Shown here: positions 1-12,410 of the stretch, one piece after another
Numbering within the stretch: the stretch's first letter is position 1
Layout: each line of letters opens with the position of its first letter
Source: Macrostomum lignano
Taxonomy: Eukaryota
Direction: 5' to 3'
Assembly (NCBI GenBank): GCA_002269645.1
Contig: NIVC01001036.1
Coordinates: 62,001 to 126,000 of the forward strand
Length of the DNA: 64,000 nt
Made by a program: the position numbers and the translations under genes
Notes under the pieces: generated by a model
Told to the model about the DNA's origin: nothing
The model's database searches: none
Seen by the model: the letters and a program-made list of their open reading frames with translations, nothing else

Positions 1-1050
1 GGTGTTTCGTGAGAACTTCGGCCAGGGGGTATCTTTCCGAGAATCTATGGGTATTGTAATAATAATCTAGGCCAGGGGGGATCTTTTCGAGAATCTATGG
101 GTATTGTAATAAGAATCTAGGCCAGGGGGGATCTTTTCGAGAATCTATGGGTATTGTAATAATAATCTAGGCCGGGAGTATCTTTTCGAGAATCTATGGG
201 TATTGTAATAATAATCTAGGCCAGGGGGGTATCTTTTCGAGAATCTATGGGTATTGTAATAATAATCTAGGCCGGGAGTATCTTTTCGAGAATCTATGGG
301 TATTGTAATAATAATCTAGGCCAGGGGGTATCTTTTCGAGAATCTATGGGTATTGTAATAATAATCTAGGCTAGGGGTATCTTTTCGAGAATCTATGGGT
401 ATTGTAACAAGAATCTAGGCCAGGGGGTATCTTTTCGAGAATCTATGGGTATTGTAATAAGAATCTAGGCCAGGGGGGATCTTTTCGAGAATCTATGGGT
501 ATTGTAATAATAATCTAGGCTAGGGGGTATCTTTTCGAGAATCTATGGGTATTGTAATAATAATCTAGGCTAGGGGGTATCTTTTCGAGAATCTATGGGT
601 ATTGTAATAATAATCTAGGCCAGGGGGTATCTTTTCCAGAATCTATGGGTATTGTAATAATAATCTAGGCCAGGGGGGATCTTTTCGAGAATCTATGGGT
701 ATTGTAATAATAATCTAGGCCAGGGGGTATCTTTTCGAGAATCTATGGGTATTGTAATAATAATCTAGGCCAGGGGGGATCTTTTCGAGAATCTATGGGT
801 ATTGTAATAATAATCTAGGCCAGGGGGTATCTTTTCGAGAATCTATGGGTATTGTAATAATAATCTAGGCTAGGGGGTATCTTTTCGAGAATCTATGGGT
901 ATTGTAATAATAATCTAGGCTAGGGGGGTATCTTTTCGAGAATCTATAGGTATTGTAATAATAATCTAGGCTAGGGGGTATCTTTTCGAGAATCTATGGG
1001 TATTGTAATAAAAATCTAGGCCAGAGGGTATCTTTTCGAGAATCTATGGG
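1..1050. repeat. Minisatellite, ~50-bp unit (gagaatctatgggtattgtaataataatctaggccagggggtatcttttc), ~21 copies, runs off the window's left edge
   Basis: The period is read directly from the sequence (gccagggggg at 71 and 121). Confidence 0.97.
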
Positions 1051-1159
1051 TGTTTTGATGAGATCGATCGATATTTTCAAATATAGGTTATGGTAGGCAA
1101 AGTTTCTTAAATAATTTTAGCGAATTATCATGTCTCACTCTACCCTGGGTATTCTAACG

Positions 1160-1545
1160 AGTCAGGGAGGGTATTCTCCTAGGTCAGGGAGGGTATTCTA
1201 CTGGGTCAGGGAGGGTATTCTCCTGGGTCAGGGAGGGTATTCTACTGGGTCAGGGAGGGTATTCTCCTGGGTCAGGGAGGGTATTCTACTGGGTCAGGGA
1301 GGGTATTCTCCTGGGTCAGGGAGGGTATTCTCCTGGGTCAGGGAGGGTATTCTACTGGGTCAGGGAGGATATTCTCCTGGGTCAGGGAGGGTATTCTCCT
1401 GTGTCAGGGAGGGTATTCTACTGGGTCAGGGAGGGTATTCTCCTGTGTCAGGGAGGGTATTCTCCTGTGTCAGGGAGGGTATTCTACTGGGTCAGGGAGG
1501 GTATTCTCCTGGGTCAGGGAGGGTATTCTCCTGGGTCAGGGTCAG
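1160..1545. repeat. Minisatellite, 22-bp unit (ggtcagggagggtattctcctg)
   Basis: Direct tandem repeat. It explains the 22-aa periodic ORFs 1130..1570 and 1401..1601. Confidence 0.97.
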
Positions 1546-3171
1546 TAATTTTCATGAAACAGCTGGTTAAAAACAAACAGGTACAAAGCAACAACAAATA
1601 ACGGCATTAAGATTGCTAGTGTCTTGATCAAAATGAAATCGTGCAAAGGAAATTAATATAAGCTTATAGTTTTGTATATATTTATTTGAAAAAAAGTTTT
1701 TTTGGATAAACAAATAGCAGAAAGAAACAGAAGTAAAAAAGCAGATGAATCAACGCACTGAAGCAATCGCATAAGAAATTAACAATCAACAGTTGTAGCG
1801 CGAGTGAATGGGACAAGTTTTGAGGGAATTAAAGGGGATAACCGTATCGAAAATACCGGCTGAGTTCAAGTTCGCCAAACAAAGTTAATCGAATTCGCCA
1901 AACAAACACAAAATTTGGTTTGAATTTGCACTGTAAAGTAATGCAGTCTCAGTTCTATCTCTGGGATAAGAAAAGGAAAAGTAAAAAACTCAAATGATCA
2001 ATCTACGAATCAGTCAGCCTCTTTAAGAAAACTGTTAATAAACTATATAATATTTGCTACAATCGTAGTCGAAGAAAAACAAAGAAGAAGCAAAGCAACA
2101 AGTGCCAGAAATAAGAAGTACAGAGAAAACACATAGCCAGATTATAATTAATTCAAATTTAAACAATAAACAAGTTAGTTATAACTTTTACTGTGAAACA
2201 TAAATACATATTGCTAGAAGGAATATTAAAAAAGAAATGAAAAAATACTAAAAGACAAGTATTAAAAAGGACATATTGTACTCTAATAGCTGACAATGGA
2301 TGCCACATCACGTCAGTTAATAAGAATGACAGTTTCCAATCGAAATACGCAGATCAAATATTATCTCTTGCCAAGGTAGAAAAATCTGCTTTCTAAAGCT
2401 AATAATTTAGTATCGGTAATGCGATAATTATTGAGGAATAATTATCTAATCAAGCGCCTTTGAGTCGAAAAAAATTTGCAGTATAAAAAACAAGCATAAT
2501 AAAAATAACAAAAAAGAAAAACTCTATCCCTGCTGCTCCTACTCGGCACCGCAAAATACTACTAACCGAAGTAATTTAGTAAGTAGTGTACTGCAGGCAA
2601 AATATTTGTTTAGCGTTGAATTTATAAAGTTGGCTGTGTTAATACAGTCGATGCTAGCTGTTAATAAATAGAGACATGACATTTCAAGTTAACCGAGAAA
2701 GAGATTCAAACAAGCAGCTCCGGCAACTGTAACGGGCAATGTCGCTATTGAAGTTTATCGTACAGCTATTCTGGGAGAACCCGAACGATAAGAGAGGACA
2801 CGAAACCAAACAAATAGTTGTTGAACCGCGGGTTAATCGATTGCAGAAGTGACAATATCAAATAAATGAATCTTATTAGTCAACAAATTAAAAAATTATA
2901 GACAAGTAAATGAAATTAATAAATAAACAATATACACACAAAATAAAACACGGCAATTAAAATTACACATGCAAAATCTAATCGAGTGTAAAGAAAATGT
3001 TGTGATTATATTATGAAAAAAGACGCAACAAAAATAACATTTTATAGGAATTTTGAGAATAATTGCGGCCACAAAATGACCGCATTCCGCTTCTGGTAAT
3101 TGTTGACAGTGCGTTGCTTGGCAATAAATTATCTGTTTTTGATTCGTTTGTGCAATTGTACTTTTGTAGCT

Positions 3172-3935
3172 CACTGGGTGGAGTGAGGTGGCTGGCGGGG
3201 TGGCTGGCAGGGTGGCTGGCGGGGTGGCTGGCGGAGTGAGGTGGCTGGTGGAGTGAGGTGGCTGGTGGAGTGAGGTGGCTGGTGGAGTGAGGTGGCTGGT
3301 GGAGTGAGGTGGCTGGCGGAGTGAGGTGGCTGGCGGAGTGAGGTGGCTGGTGGAGTGAGGTGGCTGGCGAAGTGAGGTGGCTGGCGGGGTGGCTGGCGGA
3401 GTGAGGTGGCTGGCGGGGTGGCTGGCGGAGTGAGGTGGCTGGCGGAGTGAGGTGGCTGGTGGAGTGAGGTGGCTGGCGGAGTGAGGTGGGTGGCGGGGTG
3501 ACTGGTGGAGTGAGGTGGCTGGCGGGGTGGCTGGCAGGGTGGCTGGCGGGGTGGCTGGCGGAGTGAGGTGGCTGGTGGAGTGAGGTGGCTGGTGGAGTGA
3601 GGTGGCTGGTGGAGTGAGGTGGCTGGTGGAGTGAGGTGGCTGGTGGAGTGAGGTGGCTGGCGGAGTGAGGTGGCTGGTGGAGTGAGGTGGCTGGCGAAGT
3701 GAGGTGGCTGGCGGGGTGGCTGGCGGAGTGAGGTGGCTGGCGGGGTGGCTGGCGGAGTGAGGTGGCTGGCGGAGTGAGGTGGCTGGTGGAGTGAGGTGGC
3801 TGGCGGAGTGAGGTGGGTGGCGGGGTGACTGGTGGAGTGAGGTGGCTGGCGGAGTGAGGTGGCTTGCAGGGTGGCTGGCGGGGTGGCTGGCGGAGTGAGG
3901 TGGCTGGTGGAATGATGTGGCTGGCGGAGTGAAAT
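3172..3935. repeat. G-rich minisatellite, 17-bp unit (gagtgaggtggctggtg) with 12-bp variants
   Basis: Direct tandem repeat. It generates the three spurious H/P/S/T-rich minus-strand ORFs. Confidence 0.97.
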
Positions 3936-4742
3936 GGCTGATAGCAGCGATTCCAGTGGGTTGATAAAAGTAACTGCAACCGCATATTGCAACTTTTAGC
4001 AGAAGCAGAACAATGGATATGGCGGATGGATATAACAAAGGACTAGACAAATAAAAAATCATAAGTATGGCCAGAACTTTGCCTACATTTTTCGAGTACA
4101 AAGCCAGAAATTCATTGAAAAACGGTCGAAAACGAAGCGCAAAAGTGCTAAATCAAAGAGTTAGGCGGGATAAATCAAAGACAAACTGAAAATATCGTAT
4201 AAAAACGCTAGTTAAATATTGTTTATGAAAAATATGAAGTTATATAATACCGAAAGAAGTACACGAGGAACCTCTGGATCAGATATACAAAAGGAAAATC
4301 AATTAGCTATAAAGATAAGATATAGCAATTATAAATTTGGTGAGTGTCAGTTGAAGAAAGCTGAAAATCACACATTACAGATTAAAGCATAACAAACAGT
4401 TTTTCACGCGTTAGAAAAATTGATAAACCAAACACAGCTGTACTATAAGAGATCGAGCAGAAAATCAAAGGCTACATGGATGAAAATTATTATTGTCTAA
4501 ATAATCTCTAAGCTTTGTATTATAATAAACGAATAGGAGATTGGCAAACCGAACAAAATAAAAAAAGTGAATACCCACGGTAAATTTGCTATTGCTATTG
4601 CATAAGGGCCGCGAATTCGTTACAATATGCTGAAGAGTTGTCCTTAAAAAGGCCGTTTTTTTTAAATTTATGTCAAATTTATAGTTTTTTCCTCACAGCT
4701 AATTTTTGCTTTTTTACTTGCACTAATTGTATTACACCTGCT

Positions 4743-5020
4743 ACAATTTGGCCAGATGTGCAACCGACAGCTCAGCCGCAGCTATCGCGCGGCGCATCTG
4801 AAGGCTGCGTACGGCTGTTCAGTCCAAGGACTGGGGGGGGGGTCGCCACGCACACCCTCAATTATCCCAGCTAATGCTGGCAGCCATTTTACAGCTGGGT
4901 GAACTGAAGCAATGCAGAGTTAAGTGTCTTACTCAAGGACACTTAATTGTTCCAGTGGGATCGGGAATCGAACCCCCGACCTTCCAGTCGTGAGTCCGAC
5001 GCTCTGACCACTAGGCTACA
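4743..5020 (-). mobile_element. tRNA-derived SINE, family A, apparently full length
   Basis: The minus strand reads a tRNA-like head with A box TAGCCTAGTGG and B box GGTTCGAATCC-like (ggttcgattcc). A central segment follows (gtgtccttgagtaagacacttaac...ttcacccagctgtaaaatgg) that resembles conserved SINE core domains. It is flanked by acctgct at 4736-4742 and 5021-5027 (possible TSD). A second copy lies at 34973-35177. Confidence 0.85.
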
Positions 5021-6254
5021 ACCTGCTCTTGCACAAAAATTCATATTATTAATTCATTATTTTAATTTTGACGACCATGTGTTGGTATTAGTGCGTGTTC
5101 TTAAAAGGGCCGTTTCAAGAACATAGCAATATTTAGCTCTGAGCAGCCCCTGAGTAGGCATCAACAAAAAAAATTAGCTGGTAGGAAAGCGAATTTAATT
5201 GAAAATAAAACAAAGAAAACAGATTATTGAAAAAAGAAATTAAAAAAATACTTTTTGTTCTTGTATAGCTACACTGAACCAGCTAATATAGAATGTAGGA
5301 TGGAAGGCAAAGAACTAAATAGCAAGTAAATAGAACAAGCCAACTGTAAAAAACAGAGATTATGTTTTCATGTTTCATTAACTTTCATAACAGAAACAGC
5401 AAATCAGATAGGAGTATCGAACCGGGCTTCTGCAATCCAAGCACAACAGCTTCGGCTTGTCTCCAATAAATTTAATTGATCGCTACATTGGCCAGCGGCA
5501 GTTGAAACACAATTATTTATCAACATATTTTTGGATAGCCTGTGCGCTGTCAGTTAGCAAGAAAATCTATGCAATAAACTAAATTGTATGGAACGCTGAC
5601 AAACTACTGTTAGTAGCTAAGTGACGCATTTTAATCGAGGTTTTTTTAGAAAAAAGAACTGTATTATCATATTATAAAGTATGCACAGAGGGCTGTGCCA
5701 ATAGCCAGGGTAAGCTAAGTAGGTCGCAAATAGAAAGAGCGTAGAAACCAGAAGGTAATTAAAAATTTCAATATAACAATAAATTGCATTTCATCTTGAA
5801 AGCAAACTAAACATTTTTTAAATAATATTGTATTAAACGGGTGCCGATAGAAAAAATACAAATTGAAACGGTTATTGTCTGTCTATAGTACTGGCAGTAG
5901 CAGTAGTAGTAGTAGTAGAAAAATACATTAAATTCATGGCAGAAAGGAGCCAAATTAATTAGAAAAATAATCCGTAAAAATTAATTTAAAAAAGTAACAA
6001 ATTATAAAATTAAATTAAAACAAATCAAAACGATCGGATACAGGAGGCTACAAACCAGCAGATTAAAAAAATAACAGCAATTCACAACAGATAAGTTTAT
6101 AACACAAACTGAATAGCTAATTTAGGAATATAAAAAACATCAATAAGACAGGCAGACAAACAAAAACAAAAGAACTCGTCACTTTCCTCTTCGAAATCAT
6201 GCCAGAGTACTTCTTTACCTTAAAGTTCCTTGATAATTGAATAACATTTTCTTT

Positions 6255-8795
6255 CTACTCCTGCTTCTGCTCCTGCTGTTGCTGCTGCTGCTGCTGCTGC
6301 TGCTGTTGCTGCTGCTGCGGCTGCGGCAGGGCCGCGGGCAGCGGAGAGCCAGCCAGCTCGAACAGCTGCTGCAGACCGACAGAGCGACCGCCAGTCACCA
6401 GCAGCACAATGTTGGCCGACTGCGGCCTGGCCAGCTGGCCCGGCCCCACGTGTCGGCCATAGACAGCGGCCAGAGCGGCGCCGCAGACCGGCTCAGTCAG
6501 CAGCTGGTGCTGGCAAAGGAAGCTGACGCTGGCCTTGGCCGCCTCATCCTGGCTGCAGGTCACCGAGTGCAACGGCTGCTCGCGGGCCGCGTCCAGCGCC
6601 CGCTGGCACGGCCGGCCGACTCCGCCGCCGCCGCCACCATCGAGGCAGCCGCCGTTGGTCGTTCGCAGCTCGGCGGCGATCACCGGCGTGGTGACCCAGC
6701 CGTAGCGCCACAGGCCGGACACGACGCCGGACAGTAGGCCGCCGCCGGACACAGGCAAAACGATAGCGTCGGGCTGTTCGCCGTTCAACGCCTCGGCGAG
6801 TTCGTCAACCAGGCCGCTGTAGCCCGTCCAGACGTCCTCGCTGTCGAACGGGTGCAGCAGGCAGACGGAGCGGCCCAGCTGGCCGGCCAGCAGCTCCGCT
6901 TGGCTGTGCGCCTCGGGCCAGTCGGCGCCGTGCAGCAACACCTGGGCGCCTTCGTCGGCGATGCGAGCGCGAGCCTCTTGGGCTACGGCGGCATCGTTGG
7001 CATTGGACGCGGCTGATTCGGGCAGCACGACAGTGCACTGCAGGCCGAGACGGGCAGCCGAGTAGGCGCAGGCCAAGCCGGAGTTGCCGGCGCAGCTGCT
7101 GCTGGTCACCACCTATTTATTTATTGATTGAAAGTAAGTTTAAAAAATACAGATAATGTCCTGACTAACTACTGAAGAAACGCATGTTGAGTAGCATTAA
7201 GATATCGTGTTTCCTAGAAATTCCTACAACTGTGACTAAAATTTGTTGCAATAGTTTACAGTTAAAGCGCCATTCAGCTGAAAAGATACATCTGATTTGC
7301 GAAATTTATAATTTTCTTTGCTTTTTATCCTTCACGTCTGAATTTTGGATACTATTGTATGTGTTGTGATAAGTTTTTGCACCCCGTTGCAGTCTGCTAT
7401 CTGGAACAAGCCATTTGCTTTTGACCATACAGGCAAAGCATTTTAAACCATCAGCCTGATTATAGTTCTGCCATATTGATGCAATAATGTTCTGCCGTCA
7501 TGATTTTTAAAGGTCAAAGCTTGCAGTCTGCCTGAGGATTAAGAGGTTGGGATTCCCTGAAAGTTAGGAGGTATTAAATGACTACCTGAAGGTTAGGAGG
7601 TGCTAAATGACTACCTGAAGGTTGGGGGGTGTTAAATGACTACCTGAAGGTTGGGAGTTGTTAAAGGACTACCTGAAGGTTGGGAGGTGTTAAAGGACTA
7701 CCTGAAGGTTGGGAGGTGTTAAAGGACTACCTGAAGGTTGAGAGGTGTTAAATGACTATCTGCAGGTTGGGAGGTGTTAAATGACTTCCTGAAGGTTGGG
7801 AGGTGTTAAAGGACTACCTGAAGGTTGGGAGGTGTTAAAGGACTACCTGAAGGTTGAGAGGTGTTAAATGACTATCTGCAGGTTGGGAGGTGTTAAATGA
7901 CTACCTGCAGGTTGGGAGGTGTTAAAGGACTACCTGAAGGTTGGGAGGTGTTAAATGACTACCTGAAGGTTGGGAGGTGTTAAAGGACTACCTGAAGGTT
8001 GGGAGGTGTTAAAGGACTACCTGAAGGTTGAGAGGTGTTAAATGACTATCTGCAGGTTGGGAGGTGTTAAATGACTTCCTGAAGGTTGGGAGGTGCTAAA
8101 TGACTACCTGAAGGTTGGGAGGTGTTAAATGACTACCTGAAGGTTGGGAGGTGTTAAATGACTACCTGAAGGTTGGGAGGTATTTAACGATTACCTGAGG
8201 ATTGAGAGTAAAATAGCGCCATAAACTCACGTGAGTGAAGCCCCGCTCAGCGGCCCGCCGCACGGCGTGAGCCATGCCGCGCAGGCACACGGACCCAGTT
8301 GGCTGGCAATTCTCCAGTTTGAGCCAAACGCGGCAGCCTTTGATGCCCATAGCTCTGGCCAGTGGCCGACTTTCAATCAGCGGAGTCCGCACGTGCAGCG
8401 GCAGCGGCGCCGGGACGCCAGCCGATGCGGCGGCCGCGGTGGCCAAGTCCGGGCACAGCAGGCCCAGCTGCGACAGAGCAGTCAGGGCGTCGTGCGGCGG
8501 CGAGTCCAAACTCGAGCCGTTGCTAGACAGCGAGACGTCAAGGTCGGAGGTGATCTCCTTGTGCCCGGCCAGTCTGTGCCCGCCATTGCCGCCGCCGCCG
8601 CTACCGCCGCCGCCACCACCGATGCCGTTGCTAGTGAGAGTGCGGAAAGCGTTCTGCGTGCCCAGAGCGTTGAACATGAGCAGGCTGTCAACCATTTCCT
8701 CTATGCCAGCCTGCGTGCCGCCGAAGCCGAAGCTGCCGCTGCCGCCGCCCCCAGTTGGACTGTCGGAGTCCAGCAGGCGGCTGAGACCACCGAAT
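6255..8795 (-). CDS. Serine dehydratase (SDS/SDSL-family, fold-type II PLP) domain with the catalytic Lys replaced by Cys. Exons 8795(or ATG 8695)-8231 and 7112-6255. Probably the 3' half of the RRM gene.
   Basis: The translation PLHVRTPLIES...VWLKLENCQPTGSVCLRG...AGNSGLACAYSAARLG...HPFDSEDVWTGY...LPVSGGGLLSGV...EPVCGAALAAVY...VTGG matches the SDS motif order. The phase-0 intron is CAC|GTGAGT (8230) ... ATAG|GTG (7113). There is a C-terminal polyQ. Confidence 0.92.
7562..8200. repeat. Minisatellite, 29-bp unit (gttaaatgactacctgaaggttgggaggt), ~22 copies, inside the SDS-domain intron
   Basis: Direct tandem repeat starting ~30 nt from the splice donor. Confidence 0.97.
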
Positions 8796-8934
8796 CTGCG
8801 GCGCGATTGGGTTTGAAGATTTGAGATGAGATGAGCGATCTGGATCTGTCAGCGGCGCTCTGGCCTGCTGTACTTTTGCACTGGGTTGGGGTGCCATAGA
8901 AATAAACTTAACGATTACGTATGCGCCTCTCAGC

Positions 8935-10150
8935 CTCGGTCTTTTTGTCTGTCTGTCTTAGTGTCTGCTTGTCTGTTTTTTAGTGTCTGTCCGTCTGTCT
9001 TAGTGTCTGCTTGTCTGTTTTTTTAGTGTCTGTCCGTCTGTCTTAGTGTCTGCTTGTCTGTTTTTTTAGTGTCTGTCCGTCTGTCTTAGTGTCTGCTTGT
9101 CTGTTTTTTTAGTGTCTGTCCGTCTGTCTTAGTGTCTGCTTGTCTGTTTTTTTAGTGTCTGTCCGTCTGTCTTAGTGTCTGCTTGTCTGTTTTTTTAGTG
9201 TCTGTCCGTCTGTCTTAGTGTCTGCTTGTCTGTTTTTTTAGTGTCTGTCCGTCTGTCTTAGTGTCTGTTTGTCTGTTTTTTAGTGTCTCTCCGTCTGTCT
9301 TAGTGTCTGCTTGTCTGTTTTTTAGTGTCTGTCCTTCTGTCTTAGTGTCTGCTTGTCAGTTTTTTTTAGTGTCTGCCCGTCTGTCTTAGTGTCTGCTTGT
9401 CTGTTTTTTTTGTGTCTGCCCGTCTGTCTTAGTGTCTGCTTGTCAGTTTTTTTTGTGTCTGCCCGTCTGTCTTAGTGTCTGCTTGTCTGTTTTTTTAGTG
9501 TCTGCCCGTCTGTCTTAGTGTCTGCTTGTCTGTTTTTTTAGTGTCTGCCCGTCTGTCTTAGTGTCTGCTTGTCTGTTTTTTAGTGTCTGTCCGTCTGTCT
9601 TAGTGTCTGTTTTAGTGTCTGATTAGTGCCTGTCTTAAAGTCTGTCTGTCTGGCAGTTTTAGTGTCTGTCTGTCTGCCTTAGTGTCTGTCTGTCTGCCTT
9701 AGTGTCTGTCTGTCTGCTTTAGTGTCTGTCTGTCTGCTTTAGTGTCTGTCTGTCTGCTTTAGTGTCTGTCTGTCTGCTTTAGTGTCTGTCTGTCTGCTTT
9801 AGTGTCTGTCTGTCTGATTTAGTGTCTGTCTGTCTGCTTTAGTGTCTGTCTGTCTGCTTTAGTGTCTGTCTGTCTGATTTAGTGTCTGTCTGTCTGCTTT
9901 AGTGTCTGTCTGTCTGCTTTAGTGTCTGTCTGTCTGCTTTAGTGTGTCTGTCTGCTTTAGTGTCTGTCTGTCTGTCTGATTTAGTGTCTGTCTGTCTGCT
10001 TTAGTGTCTGTCTGTCTGCTTTAGTGTCTGTCTGTCTGATTTAGTGTCTGTCTGTCTGCTTTAGTGTCTGTCTCTGTCTGCTTTAGTGTCTGTCTGTCTG
10101 ATTTAGTGTCTGTCTGTCTGCTTTAGTGTCTGTCTCTGTCTGTGTTAGTG
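8935..10150. repeat. Compound TGTC-based minisatellite: ~43-bp units (8935-9600) grading into ~21-bp units (9650-10150)
   Basis: Direct repeats tagtgtctgtccgtctgtcttagtgtctgcttgtctgtttttt and tagtgtctgtctgtctgcttt. Confidence 0.95.
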
Positions 10151-10912
10151 TCTGTCCTAGTGCCTGTTTTTAGCATTTGTCTGTCTTATTTGGCCTGTCT
10201 TCTGTCGTCTTAATTTCTGCCTGAATCTGGCTTAATGTTTCTTCAGTATATTCATATCTGTTTTTTATGTCTTACTAGTAGTGACTTAGTGACCGAATGT
10301 CTGCCTGTCTTAATATCGTGTCCATCCGTCTGTCCTCCTGTCCGTATTCATGCCAGTTTATTTTTACACATCTATATATAGATAGCTCGTATCCCAAAGA
10401 TCGAAGCAACCACGCTTTGCATTTTGGCCCGCTAGTCGGAAATGATCGGAAATCGATAACATCGATAATTTTACACAGGTAATCTCAAGCAGAAGTCTTT
10501 TTGCACAGCATTCCTCGCCTAAATTTCTGTTTAAGAAGCTGTCTCAACACTAAGCTCAGACTGTCCTACGTGTGTCGCCCCTAATATCAATGCTCGAGAC
10601 TTAAGGGCCTTAGGCTCGATTCTTAGCGTAGCATACCAGCTGTAAAGCAAGCCAATGCTAGAAATGTACAATTCCCCGACAACAAGCCAAGTTAAATTAA
10701 ACATCAGCCTGTCTGTAACATAAAGCGTATTTCACAAATATAAATTACAGAACCAGCTACACCAAGGTGAAGGTTTCCAAATTCGATGCTAATCTCTGCC
10801 GAATTTCCGTCGGCTAAAGCCGATCCTTTACCCACCTGTCTGGCCAAGCCGCAGTGCGGGTCAAGGGGCGAACAAACAAGTTGAACAACACGAAGCTATG
10901 AAGAGTTATTTT

Positions 10913-11164
<252 letters not shown>

Positions 11165-11569
11165 GACAGTAAGCTACGCCGCACAAGATCGCATTGCACA
11201 ATGCATAATAAAATTTGTAAAAGCAAAGATTTCGCTTCGTTATTATTAGTTGTAAAACTGAATTGCTGCTGCTGTAGCCTAAGAGAGAGTGGGAGAGAGG
11301 GGGGCAGGGGTAGGTGGCCATTGTCAGATAGGGAGCTTACACACTTGCAGGGTACTGCACCTGTGCACCTTAATTTCTGCGCTAGTGAGGGCAACTATAG
11401 AAGAGCCATGTTTCAATGTAGTAACACTGTTAAAAAGTGACCATTTTTATTACCTTTATCTCTGCCCACTTCATTCTTAATTCCTAGTCGATTTTTTATA
11501 CTCCTTTGAAGAAAACCGATGCGCTGTAAAATTCTTTGGCATTTTGACATATAGAGGCTTCGAGGGGCA

Positions 11570-12385
11570 CCAGGCCTCTCCCAGCTCTCTTAGATCAGAC
11601 ACCAGGCCTCTCCCAGCTCTCTTAGATCAGACACCAGGCCTCTCCCAGCTCTCTTAGATCAGACACCAGGCCTCTCCCAGCTCTCTTAGATCAGACACCA
11701 GGCCTCTCCCAGCTCTCTTAGATCAGACACCAGGCCTCTCCCAGCTCTCTTAGATCAGACACCAGGCCTCTCCCAGCTCTCTTAGATCAGACACCAGGCC
11801 TCTCCCAGCTCTCTTAGATCAGACACCAGGCCTCTCCCAGCTCTCTTAGATCAGACACCAGGCCTCTCCCAGCTCTCTTAGATCAGACACCAGGCCTCTC
11901 CCAGCTCTCTTAGATCAGACACCAGGCCTCCCCCAGCTCTCTTAGATCAGACACCAGGCCTCTCCCAGCTCTCTTAGATCGGACACCAGGCCTCTCCCAG
12001 CTCTGTTAGATCAGACACCAGTCCTCTCCCAGCTCTGTTAGATCAGACACCAGTCCTCTCCCAGCTCTCTTAGATCAGACACCAGTCCTCTCCCAGCTCT
12101 CTTAGATCAGACACCAGTCCTCTCCCAGCTCTCTTAGATCAGACACCAGTCCTCTCCCAGCTCTCTTAGATCAGACACCAGTCCTCTCCCAGCTCTGTTA
12201 GATCAGACACCAGTCCTCTCCCAGCTCTCTTAGATCAGACACCAGTCCTCTCCCAGCTCTCTTAGATCAGACACCAGTCCTCTCCCAGCTCTGTTAGATC
12301 AGGCACCAGTCCTCTCCCAGCTCTCTTAGATCAGACACCAGTCCTCTCCCAGCTCTCTTAGATCAGACACCAGTCCTTCCCAGCT
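11570..12385. repeat. Minisatellite, 32-bp unit (caccaggcctctcccagctctcttagatcaga), ~25 copies
   Basis: Direct tandem repeat adjacent to the donor of RRM exon 2. Confidence 0.97.
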
Positions 12386-12410
12386 CCCCAGCTCAAACAG
12401 CAGTGCTCAC

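Noticed and set aside
1130-4101. ORFs 1130..1570, 1401..1601, 2896..4101, 3011..3985 and 3171..3992
   Set aside because: They are open in several frames only because stop-free tandem repeats dominate them. No splice signals or domain motifs were found.
4930-5020. Possible functional tRNA gene
   Set aside because: The anticodon and acceptor stems do not pair properly, and the sequence continues into a repeated SINE body.
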